A stretch of 64,000 nt of DNA, from assembly GCA_963785245.1 (NCBI GenBank), contig CAWAUO010000004.1:314-64313 (forward strand). Reading direction: 5' to 3'. This DNA comes from an uncultured Actinomycetota bacterium (GTDB taxonomy: Bacteria > Actinomycetota > Acidimicrobiia > Spongiisociales > UBA5794). Positions 20,097-30,778 of the stretch are shown piece after piece. How positions within the stretch are numbered: position 1 is the stretch's first letter; each line of letters opens with the position of its first letter. The position numbers and the translations under genes were made by a program. The notes beneath the pieces were generated by a model, which was not told the DNA's origin, ran no database searches, and saw only the letters and a program-made list of their open reading frames with translations.

Positions 20097-22465
20097 AGGT
20101 CAACCGCTCTGCGCTGATCAACACCGGCATCCTGTTCATCACCGTGATGCTCGTGTCGGTCATCCTTGCCGCCGGGAGGGACACCGGGGGAACCGTGCCG
20201 GTGGAGCTCGCGATCGGCGAGCCGGCACCGGAGACGTTCATTGCCAACCGATCGACGGATCCGATCGAGGATCCAGAAGCGACTGAGGCCCAGCGTGAGA
20301 TCGCACGGCGATCCGTCGAGACCGTCTATACGAAGGACAACGACGCGACCCTCACTGTGATCCGCGAAGTCAACTCGTTCTTCGTCGATCTCAAGGACGT
20401 CGCGATCGACGAGTCGCTGATCCCCCCTGAGGAATCGTCGACGACCAGCACCACAGTGGAGCAGACGACGAGCTCAACCGAGCCGGGAGAGACGACGAGT
20501 TCGACCACGACCACGACCACCGAACCTCCAACGACCACAACGACGACGCTGCCACGGCGCTCGATCGATGATCAGGTCGAGTTGCTGAGCCTCGCCCACC
20601 CGACCCTGACCCGGGCGATTCCGTCGTTCGTCGAGCTCTACAACAACGATCTCGATCGCGTAGCGGCCGGCGAGGATTCCGACTTCCCTGCCATTGAGGA
20701 GAAGAGCCTCGAGACTGTCAACGACGAACTACAGGCCGGTATCAAGCCGACGGACCTGACCGAACGCAAAGACCTCTATTTGAACCCGGTGACCCGCCCG
20801 CCGCTCATCGTGTTCGGTCTGCCGATCGAGGACCAGTCCACCGCTCGCGAAGGCATCGCACAACTCGTCGGGAACAGCCTCCAGGCGAACCTCCGCGTCG
20901 ATGACGCTGCGACCGACGCGGCCAAGAACGAAGCAGCGGCCGCGGTCCAACCGGTGACGATCACCTATCGGAACGGCGACACAATCGTGAAGCAGGGTGA
21001 GCTGATCACGAGTATCGAGTTCCAGGCCATCCAGGAACTCGGGCTCTACCAGCCCGAGGTGACCGGCGGAACGTCACGGGTCGCTATCTCGTTGCTCGGT
21101 GTGCTCGCCGTCCTGCTCGCTGCGTTCTTCTTGTGGCGGATCGCCCCTGCACAGTGGACGCAACCGCGCCACATGGCCGTCCTTGCAATCCTGCTGGTCA
21201 TGTCGGCCCTCATGTCTCGCCTTCCGGAACTGATCGCGACCGACAGTCGGGCGCTCGGGTATCTCCTCCCCGCGGTCGCGATCGGCTTCCTTGCGGCCAT
21301 CCTCTTCGATCCGCGTACCGCAGTGGTGCTGGCCATCCCAATGGCCGGGTTCACCGCGGCATCGACCGGAGATCTCGCCTACACCGTCTACGCGGGGATC
21401 GCCACGGTGGTGCCGGTGGCGTTCGTTTCCCGGGTCTCGTCCCGTCGCCAACTCCGCGTGGCCGTGCTGCTCTCAGCCCTTACGGTCGCCCCGGTTGCTG
21501 CGACCGTGGAGTGGGTCTTCGGAGACGGCAGCATCGCCATGTCCGCTGTGTGGGCGTTCGTCGGAGCCCTCATCGCCGGGCTGATCTCGCTCGGTCTGGT
21601 CTCGTTCTTCGAGACGGCGTTCGGAATTACGACCTCGCTCGGGTTGCTCGATCTGCTCGACCGCAACCATCCGGCGCTGCGCCTCATCGAGGAACAGGCT
21701 CCCGGCACGTTCAACCACTCGATGCTCGTGGGCGCCCTCGCAGGCCGCGCCGCCCGTGCGATCGACGCTGATCCGCTGCTGGCCCAGGCCGCTGCGTGGT
21801 ATCACGACCTCGGCAAGGTGACGCTTCCGCAGTACTTCGTCGAGAACCAGTTCGGCGTGTCGAATCCGCACAACAACCTCCCGCCGGAGGAGTCGGCGCA
21901 GATCATTCGTTCACACGTCACCGAGGGGCTCAAGCTGGCGAAGCGGTATCGACTCCCCGGTGACGTGACCGACGGGATCCGCATGCACCACGGCACGAGC
22001 CTCATGCGCTACTTCTACCACCAGGCGCTCGAAGCCGATCCGGACGTCGACCCCGATCTCTTCCGCCACCACGGCGTGAAGCCGGTGCAGAAGGAAGTCG
22101 CGATTGTGATGATCTCCGATGCGACTGAGGCTGCAGCCAGGGCCTACGCCCGCACGGAGGACCCGACTGCGGACGGTCTCAAGAACGTCGTCGAGTCAGT
22201 CGTCTCAGAGAAGGTCGACGACGGCCAACTCGACCACTCGCAACTGACGTTCGGGGATCTCACCAAGATCAAGGGCGAGCTCGTGCTTGCACTGATGGGC
22301 TACTACCACGCCCGTGTGCCGTATCCCGGCTTTCCGGGCCCGAAGGTCGCCGAGGGCGGATCCACGGCCGCACTCCCGACATCGGCACGGAGCTTCGCCG
22401 CCGTTGAACCGGCCGCCGATGCGTCCGGACCTTCCGTCGAGCCATCCGACGAGGAGGATGGGTGA
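20093..22465 (+). CDS. 7TM-HD (HDIG) membrane phosphohydrolase, PgpH-like
   Basis: Extracellular domain, ~7 TM helices, APGTFNHS, YHDLGK, YFVENQ, HHGTS; phoH-ybeY context. Confidence 0.9.
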   Translation: MKVNRSALINTGILFITVMLVSVILAAGRDTGGTVPVELAIGEPAPETFIANRSTDPIEDPEATEAQREIARRSVETVYTKDNDATLTVIREVNSFFVDLKDVAIDESLIPPEESSTTSTTVEQTTSSTEPGETTSSTTTTTTEPPTTTTTTLPRRSIDDQVELLSLAHPTLTRAIPSFVELYNNDLDRVAAGEDSDFPAIEEKSLETVNDELQAGIKPTDLTERKDLYLNPVTRPPLIVFGLPIEDQSTAREGIAQLVGNSLQANLRVDDAATDAAKNEAAAAVQPVTITYRNGDTIVKQGELITSIEFQAIQELGLYQPEVTGGTSRVAISLLGVLAVLLAAFFLWRIAPAQWTQPRHMAVLAILLVMSALMSRLPELIATDSRALGYLLPAVAIGFLAAILFDPRTAVVLAIPMAGFTAASTGDLAYTVYAGIATVVPVAFVSRVSSRRQLRVAVLLSALTVAPVAATVEWVFGDGSIAMSAVWAFVGALIAGLISLGLVSFFETAFGITTSLGLLDLLDRNHPALRLIEEQAPGTFNHSMLVGALAGRAARAIDADPLLAQAAAWYHDLGKVTLPQYFVENQFGVSNPHNNLPPEESAQIIRSHVTEGLKLAKRYRLPGDVTDGIRMHHGTSLMRYFYHQALEADPDVDPDLFRHHGVKPVQKEVAIVMISDATEAAARAYARTEDPTADGLKNVVESVVSEKVDDGQLDHSQLTFGDLTKIKGELVLALMGYYHARVPYPGFPGPKVAEGGSTAALPTSARSFAAVEPAADASGPSVEPSDEEDG

Positions 22466-22926
22466 ACGTCCTCTTCGCCGATGAGCAGGACGAACCGATC
22501 GTCTCCAACGAACTCTTGAGGTTCGCTGAGCTTGTGCTCGCTGACGAAGGTCTTGACGATGAGACCGGTGTTGCACTCGTGCTGATCGACGAACAGCAGA
22601 TGGCCGAACTCAACGAAGCGCACATGGGCAGAGAAGGCCCCACAGACGTGCTTTCGTTTCCCATCGAGTCGGCAACCCCGGGATCGCCGCCGCAGCGGGC
22701 CATCGGCGGACCGCCGATCGAACTCGGTGATATCTTCATCGCCCCATCCGTCGTCCGGAGGAACGCGGAACGCCAGGGTGTGGAATTCGCGGACGAACTC
22801 GCGCTGATGGTCGTCCACGGACTGCTTCATCTTCTGGGATGGGATCATGAGGTTGAGGACGAAGCCGTCCGGATGGAGCGTCGCGAAAGCGATCTCCTCG
22901 CACGGATCGGTAGAGTGCGGCCGTGA
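22462..22926 (+). CDS. ybeY: rRNA maturation RNase YbeY
   Basis: TDVLSFP, HGLLHLLGWDH. Confidence 0.96.
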   Translation: MNVLFADEQDEPIVSNELLRFAELVLADEGLDDETGVALVLIDEQQMAELNEAHMGREGPTDVLSFPIESATPGSPPQRAIGGPPIELGDIFIAPSVVRRNAERQGVEFADELALMVVHGLLHLLGWDHEVEDEAVRMERRESDLLARIGRVRP

Positions 22927-24086
22927 CCGCCGTAGCGTTCGCCTTTTCGGCAATCGTCCTCTTCCTGACCGCGCTGGTGCGTGCGTCGGGTGCCACGTTG
23001 GTGAGAACCCCACGAGCCGACGCTCTCCGCGACGCGGGGGAAGGCAACGCCAGAGCCGCCGTCGTCGCCGATCTGCTCGAGGATCGCCTCCGCATTCAGC
23101 CTGCCCTCGGGACCGTCGTCACCACGCTTCTGATTCTCGCCGTCATCCCGGCTTCCTGGGCTCTCTCGCGTCTGCTCTCGGGATGGCAGCTTGCCATTGC
23201 GTATGCGGCCATGACGGTGCTCATCGTTCTGCTGTCAGACCTCATCCCACGGACCATCGGACGATCTCGATCCCGCTCGTTTGCCTACCGGTTTTCGCGG
23301 CTCCTCGCGATCGCCGTCCGGGTTGGAGATGCCGCGAACGACCTCGTGTCTGACGAAGACGACGACGAGGACGAGCAGGAGGACGCGGAGGACCGGGAGG
23401 AGCGCCAACTCATCTCGTCGATCATCGAATTCGGTGACACGATCGTCCGCGAGGTGATGGTTCCCCGCACCGACATGGTGACGCTGCCCGCTCTCGCATC
23501 GACCGACGACGCGGTCGATCTCGTCCTCGAGGCTGGGCGATCGAGGATCCCATTGACGGGTGAGAACGTTGACGACATCGTCGGCCTGCTCTACGCCAGA
23601 GATCTCCTGACGCTCTACGATCAGGCGTCGCCTCCGCGCCCGGCGAGAGAGCTTGCGCATGAGGCGTATTTCGTCCCGGAGACGAAAGCGATCTCTGAAC
23701 TGCTGCGAGAAATGCAGGCCAAGCAGAAGCACCTCGCCATCGTGGTGGACGAGTTCGGCGGCACGGCCGGAGTCGTGACGATCGAAGACCTGATCGAAGA
23801 GATCGTGGGGGAGATCGTCGACGAGTACGACGATGAAGAACCCATGGTCGTGCCCCTTGAATCGGGTGGATTCCTCGTCGATGCGCGGCTTGATGTCGAT
23901 GACCTCGGCAACACACTCGACATCGAGTTCCCCGAGGAGGAGTGGGACACGGTCGGCGGCCTCGTCCTCGGCCTCGCGGGACGAGTGCCGGACATCGGGG
24001 AATCCTTCGACTACCACGACGTCACGCTGGTCGCGGAGGAAGTCCATGGACGTCGGGTCGCCCGAGTCCGCGTGGCCCGCCGATGA
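22923..24086 (+). CDS. CNNM/CBS/CorC-HlyC (hemolysin family) protein
   Basis: VREVMVPR, SRIP, VVDEFGGTAG..TIEDLIEEIVGEI.DEYD. Confidence 0.93.
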   Translation: MTAVAFAFSAIVLFLTALVRASGATLVRTPRADALRDAGEGNARAAVVADLLEDRLRIQPALGTVVTTLLILAVIPASWALSRLLSGWQLAIAYAAMTVLIVLLSDLIPRTIGRSRSRSFAYRFSRLLAIAVRVGDAANDLVSDEDDDEDEQEDAEDREERQLISSIIEFGDTIVREVMVPRTDMVTLPALASTDDAVDLVLEAGRSRIPLTGENVDDIVGLLYARDLLTLYDQASPPRPARELAHEAYFVPETKAISELLREMQAKQKHLAIVVDEFGGTAGVVTIEDLIEEIVGEIVDEYDDEEPMVVPLESGGFLVDARLDVDDLGNTLDIEFPEEEWDTVGGLVLGLAGRVPDIGESFDYHDVTLVAEEVHGRRVARVRVARR

Positions 24087-24958
24087 CCAACGCAGGCTTC
24101 GTCTCGGTCGTCGGCCGTCCGAATGTGGGCAAATCGACGCTGGTGAACTCGCTGGTCGGGGAGAAGGTGGCGATTACCTCCCCGAGGCCGCAGACGACCA
24201 GGAACGCAATCCGCGGTGTCGCGACACTCGGGGAGACCCAGTTGGTGCTGGTCGACACTCCTGGGCTGCACAAGCCCAAGAACGTCCTCGGTGAACGGCT
24301 CAACGCGCTCGTCTACGGATCCATCGCTGATGCCGACGCTGCTCTCTTCGTGATCGATGCTGAACAGCCCATCGGGCCGGGCGACCGTCTGATCGCCGAA
24401 CGCCTCGCGTCGTCGGGGGCGCCGGTTGTCGTCGCGGTGAACAAGGTCGACCGGGCGTCGCAGCCGGAGATCCTCACGCAACTCACGAAGGCAGCGGAGT
24501 GGGACTTCAACGCCTTCGTTCCCATCTCCGCTCTCAAGGGTGACGGTATCGAGGCGCTTCGCGGCGAACTCGAACCGCTGATGCCCGAGAGTCCGTTCTT
24601 CTTCCCCCCCGATATGCACAGCGATCAGCCGGACCAACTCCTCGCTGCCGAACTCGTGCGGGAGAAGTACCTCGCTCGCCTGCGTGAGGAGTTGCCGCAC
24701 TCGCTTGCCGTCGTCGTCGGCGACATGGAGGAGCGTGACAACGGGGTGCTCTATGTCCCCGCATCGGTCTATGTCGAGCGTCAGTCCCAGAAGGGCATGG
24801 TGATCGGCAAGGGCGGCGAACTCATCAAGACCGTCGGCGCCGAGACCCGCAAGGAACTGGAGAAGATCTTCGGCGTGCCGGTGTTCCTCGAACTCCGCGT
24901 CAAGGTCGAGAAGGACTGGCAGCGCAGGGAGTCCACCCTCGACCGGATGGGGTTCTAG
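24083..24958 (+). CDS. era: GTPase Era
   Basis: GRPNVGKST, PQTTR, DTPG, NKVD, KH domain VIGKGG. Confidence 0.97.
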   Translation: MTNAGFVSVVGRPNVGKSTLVNSLVGEKVAITSPRPQTTRNAIRGVATLGETQLVLVDTPGLHKPKNVLGERLNALVYGSIADADAALFVIDAEQPIGPGDRLIAERLASSGAPVVVAVNKVDRASQPEILTQLTKAAEWDFNAFVPISALKGDGIEALRGELEPLMPESPFFFPPDMHSDQPDQLLAAELVREKYLARLREELPHSLAVVVGDMEERDNGVLYVPASVYVERQSQKGMVIGKGGELIKTVGAETRKELEKIFGVPVFLELRVKVEKDWQRRESTLDRMGF

Positions 24959-25221
24959 GAGATATCCTCCGGTTCCTCTTCGGCGTGGGGGAGGGCGCGG
25001 ATCCGGCAGTGGATGCGCGTGCCGTCGACATGGAGGTGCATGGTGCTCGCTCGGAGTGGCTCGTGGGTTCGGCGGTCTCGTGCACCGACTGCGACGAACA
25101 CCACTCCGATGATCCCAACGACCATGAATGGCGTCGTATCGATGGAGCTCCACAGTATCCCGGCAGCGGCGCCCACTGCCATGGCGAGGCCGACGCCGAA
25201 CATGATTGTGCTTCGCGACAT
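24955..25221 (-). CDS. Small hypothetical membrane protein (2 TM)
   Basis: Two hydrophobic segments; fills the gap after era. Confidence 0.5.
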   Translation of the reverse strand: MSRSTIMFGVGLAMAVGAAAGILWSSIDTTPFMVVGIIGVVFVAVGARDRRTHEPLRASTMHLHVDGTRIHCRIRALPHAEEEPEDIS

Positions 25222-25256
25222 GAAGCCGATCTCTGTCCAGGACGTGACCGGTCGCA

Positions 25257-26312
25257 GTGCCGGATGTCACAGGAATTCGTCGTCTGCAACGGCGTACGGC
25301 GCGTGTGTGGTCGCGCTCGGGGGAATGGAGCGAAGCGGTTCGGAGGTACGCTGCCCGCGTGCAGGTGGAGTTTCCTGAGTGGATGGCCGACGAGGCGGCG
25401 TATCGGGCGGCCACCCGCGTCGAAGCGCGTTGTCGCCACGATGAATCTCCAGCGTGGCAGGACATGGCCGCCACGGATCGTGTGCTGCATGCCGGTGGAT
25501 GGATGGCGGAGCATCGACTGGCCACCGTCGACGGCAAGCCAATCGGCCACGCTTCGTTCAGGCACCTACCGACGGCCGTCGACCGGGACGTGGTCATAGT
25601 CCGGATCAGCGTGCTCCCGGATTGCCGTCGGTTCGGTGTTGGCCGGTCCCTCCATAGATTGATCGAGGATGCGGCGGACGTTCATGGCGGTCGACGACTC
25701 CTCGCGTTCGTCCGAGGAGGCGAACCGTCGGGTGTCGGCTTCGCTCACGCGCTTGGCTATCGCGAGATTGGGCGCTCGATCGAGTTGGACGTCGATCCTC
25801 GTCGGGTGGTATCCAGCACTGGCTCGAACGTGCCCGGCATCGCCGTGGTTTGCCTGGAGGAACTCCGAACTGCACGAGCGGACTGGCTTGAGCGGCTCTA
25901 CCGACTGTTCATCGCGGTTGAGGCTGACACGCCCTTCCCGATTGCCGAGGTGCCGACGCCGCGTGATGTCTTTCGGGCACGTTCGGTCGACGCTGCTACC
26001 GCCATGCCGGAGGCGTTCCTCGTGGCAATTGACGGGGACGAGTGGGTTGGGTTCACGGAGGTGCGCCGGGTCACCGGCAAACCCACCAGATGGTCTCAGG
26101 AACTGACCGGCGTTCTTCGGTCCCATCGAGGTCGCGGCATTGCGCGAGCGCTGAAGGAGGCGAGCCTTCGGAACGCCAGAGCCTCCGGCATCGCCACGAT
26201 CCGCACCTGGAACGATTCCACCAACACGGCGATCCGTGAGATCAACAACCAGCTGGGGTTTACCCAGCATCAGACGATTCACCAGATGCTCAAGACCTTG
26301 GCCGACGCGTAG
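25257..26312 (+). CDS. Tandem GNAT N-acetyltransferase
   Basis: VLPDCRRFGVGRSL, TGVLRSHRGRGIARALK, TWNDSTNTAIREINNQLGF; start uncertain. Confidence 0.8.
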   Translation: MPDVTGIRRLQRRTARVWSRSGEWSEAVRRYAARVQVEFPEWMADEAAYRAATRVEARCRHDESPAWQDMAATDRVLHAGGWMAEHRLATVDGKPIGHASFRHLPTAVDRDVVIVRISVLPDCRRFGVGRSLHRLIEDAADVHGGRRLLAFVRGGEPSGVGFAHALGYREIGRSIELDVDPRRVVSSTGSNVPGIAVVCLEELRTARADWLERLYRLFIAVEADTPFPIAEVPTPRDVFRARSVDAATAMPEAFLVAIDGDEWVGFTEVRRVTGKPTRWSQELTGVLRSHRGRGIARALKEASLRNARASGIATIRTWNDSTNTAIREINNQLGFTQHQTIHQMLKTLADA

Positions 26313-26544
26313 ACCGCAAGGGCAGCGTCGGCGTGTTCCGTGTCTGGGGGCAGGCGGAGCGGGATCCGGACATCCACGCGTTCGTCCCATACCCGGTCAT
26401 CTGGGTTGCCGGCACGAAGTGGAATGATCGCCGCCATGGTGCTGCTGCCTGTGAGTACCCGTGTGACCACGGGGACCGGCTGATCGGGTTTGGGGCACGC
26501 GACGGTGCCCGGCTACACCGACCTCCACCGGTACCCTCAATCGC

Positions 26545-27264
26545 ATGGCGCTCTACAACGACACGGGGATCGTGCTCCGGTCGTATTCGTTCGGTGAAGC
26601 CGACAAGGTTGTCGTCCTGATCAGTCCCAATCGCGGAAAGCTTCGGGCCGTCGCAAAGGGTGTCCGCAAGACGAAGAGCCGTTTCGGGGGTCGCCTCGAG
26701 AGCTGCGTTCACGTCGACCTCGTGCTCTACGAGGGCAAGAACCTCGACATGATCACCCAGGTCTCGATCATCGAGGCTTTTCCGACGCTCCGCCAGCATC
26801 TCGACCGGGTCGTCACCGCGGGAACAATGATCGAGGTTGCCGATGTGGTGGCCCAGGAGGACGAGCCGTCGCAGCGTCTGTTCCTTCTTCTTCAGCGCGG
26901 CCTCCGCGCACTCGACGGCGACACGCCGCACCCCGATCTCCTGACATCCTATCTCCTGAAGGCGGCTGCGATCGTCGGCGTTGCCCCCGCCCTGAAACAC
27001 TGCGCCGGGTGCGGTGCCAGGGAGGGGCTCACGCGCTTCAGCTTCGCAGCGGGAGGCGCCCTGTGCGACCGTTGCCGAACGCCCGGGGCGTACGCGCTGC
27101 GAGCCGGGGTGACCGACTATCTCGCCGACGCTGCGGCGGCCGACCTGGCCGCGATGCCGGATGCCGACCCGTCAATGTCGGGAGAGGCACGTGGTATCAC
27201 GCGACGGTTCCTCGAGTATCACCTCGAACGCCGGCTCGACTCCATGGAGCTGCTCGATGTCTGA
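26545..27264 (+). CDS. recO: DNA repair protein RecO
   Basis: GIVLRSYSFGEADK, AVAKGVRKTKSRFGGRLE, CxxC...CxxC. Confidence 0.96.
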   Translation: MALYNDTGIVLRSYSFGEADKVVVLISPNRGKLRAVAKGVRKTKSRFGGRLESCVHVDLVLYEGKNLDMITQVSIIEAFPTLRQHLDRVVTAGTMIEVADVVAQEDEPSQRLFLLLQRGLRALDGDTPHPDLLTSYLLKAAAIVGVAPALKHCAGCGAREGLTRFSFAAGGALCDRCRTPGAYALRAGVTDYLADAAAADLAAMPDADPSMSGEARGITRRFLEYHLERRLDSMELLDV

Positions 27265-28033
27265 GACTGAGCTGCAGGTCGATCGGAGCCGGATCCCACG
27301 ACACGTTGCCATCATCCTCGATGGCAACGGCCGGTGGGCGAACGCACGCGGTCTTCCGCGAACTGCCGGCCACGCGCAGGGCGAACCGGCTCTCTTCGAC
27401 GTCGTCCACGGTGCCCTCGACCTCGGCATCGAGTGGCTCACGGTCTACACGTTCTCGACCGAGAACTGGAACCGCGACGCCAACGAAGTGGCGTTTCTCA
27501 TGGAATTCAACGTCGATCTGCTCGAGCGGAGACGTGACGAACTCGACGAACTCGGAGTTCGGGTCATCTTCATCGGCGACCACGACGACCCGCGCATCCC
27601 CCCGCCGGTCCTCGACCGGATGCGGATCGCCCAAGAGCAGACGAAGCACAACACGAAGCTCAACATGGTCTACGCCTTCAACTACGGCGGCCGGACGGAG
27701 ATTGCGTACGCTGCTCGCCAGATCGCCGAGGCGGTCGCAGCCGGCACCCTCGACCCCGCCGACGTCGACGAAGCTGCGATCGCCGCACGGCTCTATCGGC
27801 CGGATATGCCCGATCCGGATCTGCTGATCCGGACGTCGGGGGAGCAGCGAATTTCGAACTACCTCCTGTGGGAGGCGGCCTACGCCGAGTTCGTGTTCAC
27901 GCCCGTCCTCTGGCCCGACTTCGACCAAGGAGAACTGGCGCGTTGCATCGCCGAGTACCAACACCGCGACCGCAGGTTCGGCACGGCAATCGACGCCGCA
28001 TCCGGGGATGATGGCCCGAGGCCCAGCTCGTAG
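27257..28033 (+). CDS. uppS: Polyprenyl diphosphate synthase (UppS)
   Basis: HVAIILDGNGRWA, FSTENW, NYGGR, IRTSGEQRISNYLLW. Confidence 0.96.
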   Translation: MSETELQVDRSRIPRHVAIILDGNGRWANARGLPRTAGHAQGEPALFDVVHGALDLGIEWLTVYTFSTENWNRDANEVAFLMEFNVDLLERRRDELDELGVRVIFIGDHDDPRIPPPVLDRMRIAQEQTKHNTKLNMVYAFNYGGRTEIAYAARQIAEAVAAGTLDPADVDEAAIAARLYRPDMPDPDLLIRTSGEQRISNYLLWEAAYAEFVFTPVLWPDFDQGELARCIAEYQHRDRRFGTAIDAASGDDGPRPSS

Positions 28034-28087
28034 CTCGATCTCCAACCCCATTACCATCCATCTGCACCCCCTCAATGAGAGTGACTT

Positions 28088-29395
28088 ATGCCCGCCGACT
28101 TCGACACCATCGTCAACCTCGCCAAAAAGCGAGGTTTCGTTTTCCAATCCTCCGAGATCTACGGAGGCATCCGATCGGCCTACGACTACGGGCCGCTCGG
28201 CGCCCAACTGCTGCGCAACGTGAAGGATCAGTGGTGGCGGTCGATGGTGCAGATGCGAGACGACATCGTGGGCATCGACAGCGCCGTGATCCAGTCGCCG
28301 AAGGTGTGGGTCGCCTCAGGACACCTGGCTTCGTTCTCAGATCCGCTCGTCGAGTGCCGCGAGTGCCACAACCGCTTCCGTCTCGACAAGCTCGAGGATC
28401 CGGACCAGTGCCCGTCGTGCGGCACCAAGGACTCGTTCACGGAACCCCGCGAGTTCAACCTCATGTTCCGGACCCACATGGGTCCGATCGAGAGCGACGA
28501 CAATTCGGTCTATCTGCGACCAGAGACCGCCCAGGGCATTTTCATCAACTTCGAGAACGTCCGGCGCACGGCTCGCAAGCGGCTGCCGTTCGGCATCGCT
28601 CAGGTCGGCAAGTCGTTCCGAAACGAGATCACCCCGGGGCAGTTCGTCTTCCGCACGCGCGAGTTCGAACAGATGGAGATGGAGTTCTTCTGTCATCCGG
28701 ACGAGGCCGACGAGTGGTTCCGCTACTGGGTCGACGAGCGCCGCAACTGGTACATCGATCTGGGGATGACCGAGGCGAACCTCCAGTTCCGCGAGCACGA
28801 GCAGGACGAACTCTCGCACTACTCCTCCGGGACCTACGACGTCGACTACCTCTTCCCGTGGGGATGGGATGAACTCGAAGGGATCGCCAACCGGACCGAT
28901 TTCGACCTGAAGGCGCACGCCGAGTACTCGGGCGAAGACCTGACCTACTTCGACCCCGCCACGAACGAGCGCTTCACGCCGTATGTCATCGAGCCGGCCG
29001 CCGGTGCAACGCGCACGACGTTCGCCTTCCTCATCGACGCCTACGAGGAAGAAGAGGTGCGCGGCGAGCAGCGCACGGTCCTCAAGCTGGATCCTCGGCT
29101 GTCGCCCGTGAAGGTCGCGGTGCTGCCCCTCTCGAAGAAGGAGGATCTCATCTCGGCGACGGATCGGGTTGCCGATCTCCTTCGGAGCCGTTGGATGATC
29201 GAGGTCGACATCACACAGTCCATCGGACGCCGGTATCGCCGCCAGGATGAGATCGGCACGCCGTATGCCGTCACCGTCGATTTCGACACGCTCGACGACG
29301 ACCAGGTGACGATCCGCGATCGCGACACCATGCAGCAAGATCGGATCCCGATCGAGAATCTGGTGGCGTACCTCTCGGATCGGCTGCCGGAGTAG
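28088..29395 (+). CDS. glyQS: Glycine--tRNA ligase (homodimeric type)
   Basis: [46 protein letters not shown]. Confidence 0.97.
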   Translation: MPADFDTIVNLAKKRGFVFQSSEIYGGIRSAYDYGPLGAQLLRNVKDQWWRSMVQMRDDIVGIDSAVIQSPKVWVASGHLASFSDPLVECRECHNRFRLDKLEDPDQCPSCGTKDSFTEPREFNLMFRTHMGPIESDDNSVYLRPETAQGIFINFENVRRTARKRLPFGIAQVGKSFRNEITPGQFVFRTREFEQMEMEFFCHPDEADEWFRYWVDERRNWYIDLGMTEANLQFREHEQDELSHYSSGTYDVDYLFPWGWDELEGIANRTDFDLKAHAEYSGEDLTYFDPATNERFTPYVIEPAAGATRTTFAFLIDAYEEEEVRGEQRTVLKLDPRLSPVKVAVLPLSKKEDLISATDRVADLLRSRWMIEVDITQSIGRRYRRQDEIGTPYAVTVDFDTLDDDQVTIRDRDTMQQDRIPIENLVAYLSDRLPE

Positions 29396-29416
29396 CGATC
29401 AGTCGCCAGTCGCCGG

Positions 29417-30757
29417 TCAGGCGAAGCGGCCGTTCGCCACGTAGAGGGTTCGGACGAGGGCGTCGATACCGGCCAGCCGGCCGGAAAACTCTATCTCGCG
29501 GCCCTCGCTGAGTCGCACGTCGCCGGATTGGGGGAACGCAACCACCGCGCTCACCACGGTGCTGCCGAACAGATCGTTCTCGAGTGAGGCGACGTCGACC
29601 ACGGCCTTGGTGAACGGGCCGTCGCCGAGGATGCGATCGCGTTCGACGACCTCGACGTTCCGGATCTTGCCCGTCCAGTGGATGTCGCGTTCCGCGTAGC
29701 GGTCGGAATACCGTTGTGCCGTCTCGAAGCTGAGGCGGCTCTCTCCGAAGAGATCGGTCGCGACCGCTATGGCGTCGCTACCACCCGCCTGATCAGCAGG
29801 GGAGAGCGACTCCGGTTCCGGTGCCGCTCGTGCGACGGGCTTTGTCGCAGCCAACTCGGTCGGCTCAATCGGCTTGGGGGTAGCCGGTGAACCAAGATCG
29901 GGGGGTGCTGCGTCCGTCAACGGCTCGGCCGCGCTCGGGATCTGCTTCGACCATCCGGCGATCTCGGCGTCCGCGGGGAGTTCGACTCCGAGGGCCCTGA
30001 AGATGCGCCCGGCGATGTCGAGCGTTCCCGATGCCACCAGCGTCTCGCCGACGGTGAGGCGCTCATCAATGGACTGTTCTCGCTCCAGACCGGGCTCGTA
30101 GTCGCTCGGAAGGGTCCCGCCCAGCCGTTGCTCAACGAGTCTCGTGAGCGCTTCGGACTGCCCGGCGTCCGCGAGAACACCCGCAGCCGAGGCGAGTCTC
30201 CGGAGCGTCGACACGAGCGTGTCGGCATCCCGCACCGTCGCCCGGCGGTCAAGGACGATCCGGTCGTCGGACACGATGATCTCTGGGTGGAGGGCGATCA
30301 GGCGGTTCAGGACCATGGTGATCCCCGTTCCCAGGACGGCCCGGGCGGCTTGGGGATCTGCGGCCTGGACGATGAAGGCCTCATCGAAGATCGGTTCGCC
30401 GATGATGATGTCCTGCGTTCCGAGTACTTTGAGGAACATGCCCATTCCGGACTGGCGCTGGAGGCGCAGGCCGACTCCGATCGACGGGAATGTGACGGTG
30501 TAGCGGGTGTAGCGGGTCGAGCTCTTCCCACTGCTCTTCGTATAGCTCTTGATCTCGGCGGGAGCACCGTCGAGCAGGCCGGTCATGGTGGGGCCTCCGC
30601 GCCACGTGCCGGGTGCGAACGAGAATCGGAGCGTCTCGGCGGCGACCTGCCATGCCTGGTTCATCGATGCCATCTGCCGCTTCGCGCCGATCGTGGCGCC
30701 AGCTGCGATCAGCAGTCCGAACGCACCGAAAAAGATCCAGAAGGGGAAGTCTTCCAC
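29417..30757 (-). CDS. Hypothetical membrane-anchored protein with Pro-rich linker and possible C-terminal OB-fold
   Basis: 446-aa ORF with N-terminal TM; follows the Lrp gene on the same strand. Confidence 0.7.
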   Translation of the reverse strand: MEDFPFWIFFGAFGLLIAAGATIGAKRQMASMNQAWQVAAETLRFSFAPGTWRGGPTMTGLLDGAPAEIKSYTKSSGKSSTRYTRYTVTFPSIGVGLRLQRQSGMGMFLKVLGTQDIIIGEPIFDEAFIVQAADPQAARAVLGTGITMVLNRLIALHPEIIVSDDRIVLDRRATVRDADTLVSTLRRLASAAGVLADAGQSEALTRLVEQRLGGTLPSDYEPGLEREQSIDERLTVGETLVASGTLDIAGRIFRALGVELPADAEIAGWSKQIPSAAEPLTDAAPPDLGSPATPKPIEPTELAATKPVARAAPEPESLSPADQAGGSDAIAVATDLFGESRLSFETAQRYSDRYAERDIHWTGKIRNVEVVERDRILGDGPFTKAVVDVASLENDLFGSTVVSAVVAFPQSGDVRLSEGREIEFSGRLAGIDALVRTLYVANGRFA

Positions 30758-30778
30758 GATTCGAGTCTACCGGCGGCG

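Noticed and set aside
24011-25597. 528-aa minus-strand ORF and other long shadow ORFs (e.g. 9642-11033, 17188-18540, 33675-35027, 47898-49349)
   Set aside because: They are antisense to well-supported genes, have no motifs, and are expected in high-GC DNA.
26279-26470. 63-aa minus-strand ORF containing AVYASAK (SDR-like YxxxK)
   Set aside because: Too short, overlaps the GNAT stop, and has no other SDR motifs.
28034-28087. T-box upstream of glyQS
   Set aside because: Only ~55 bp intergenic and no T-box consensus.
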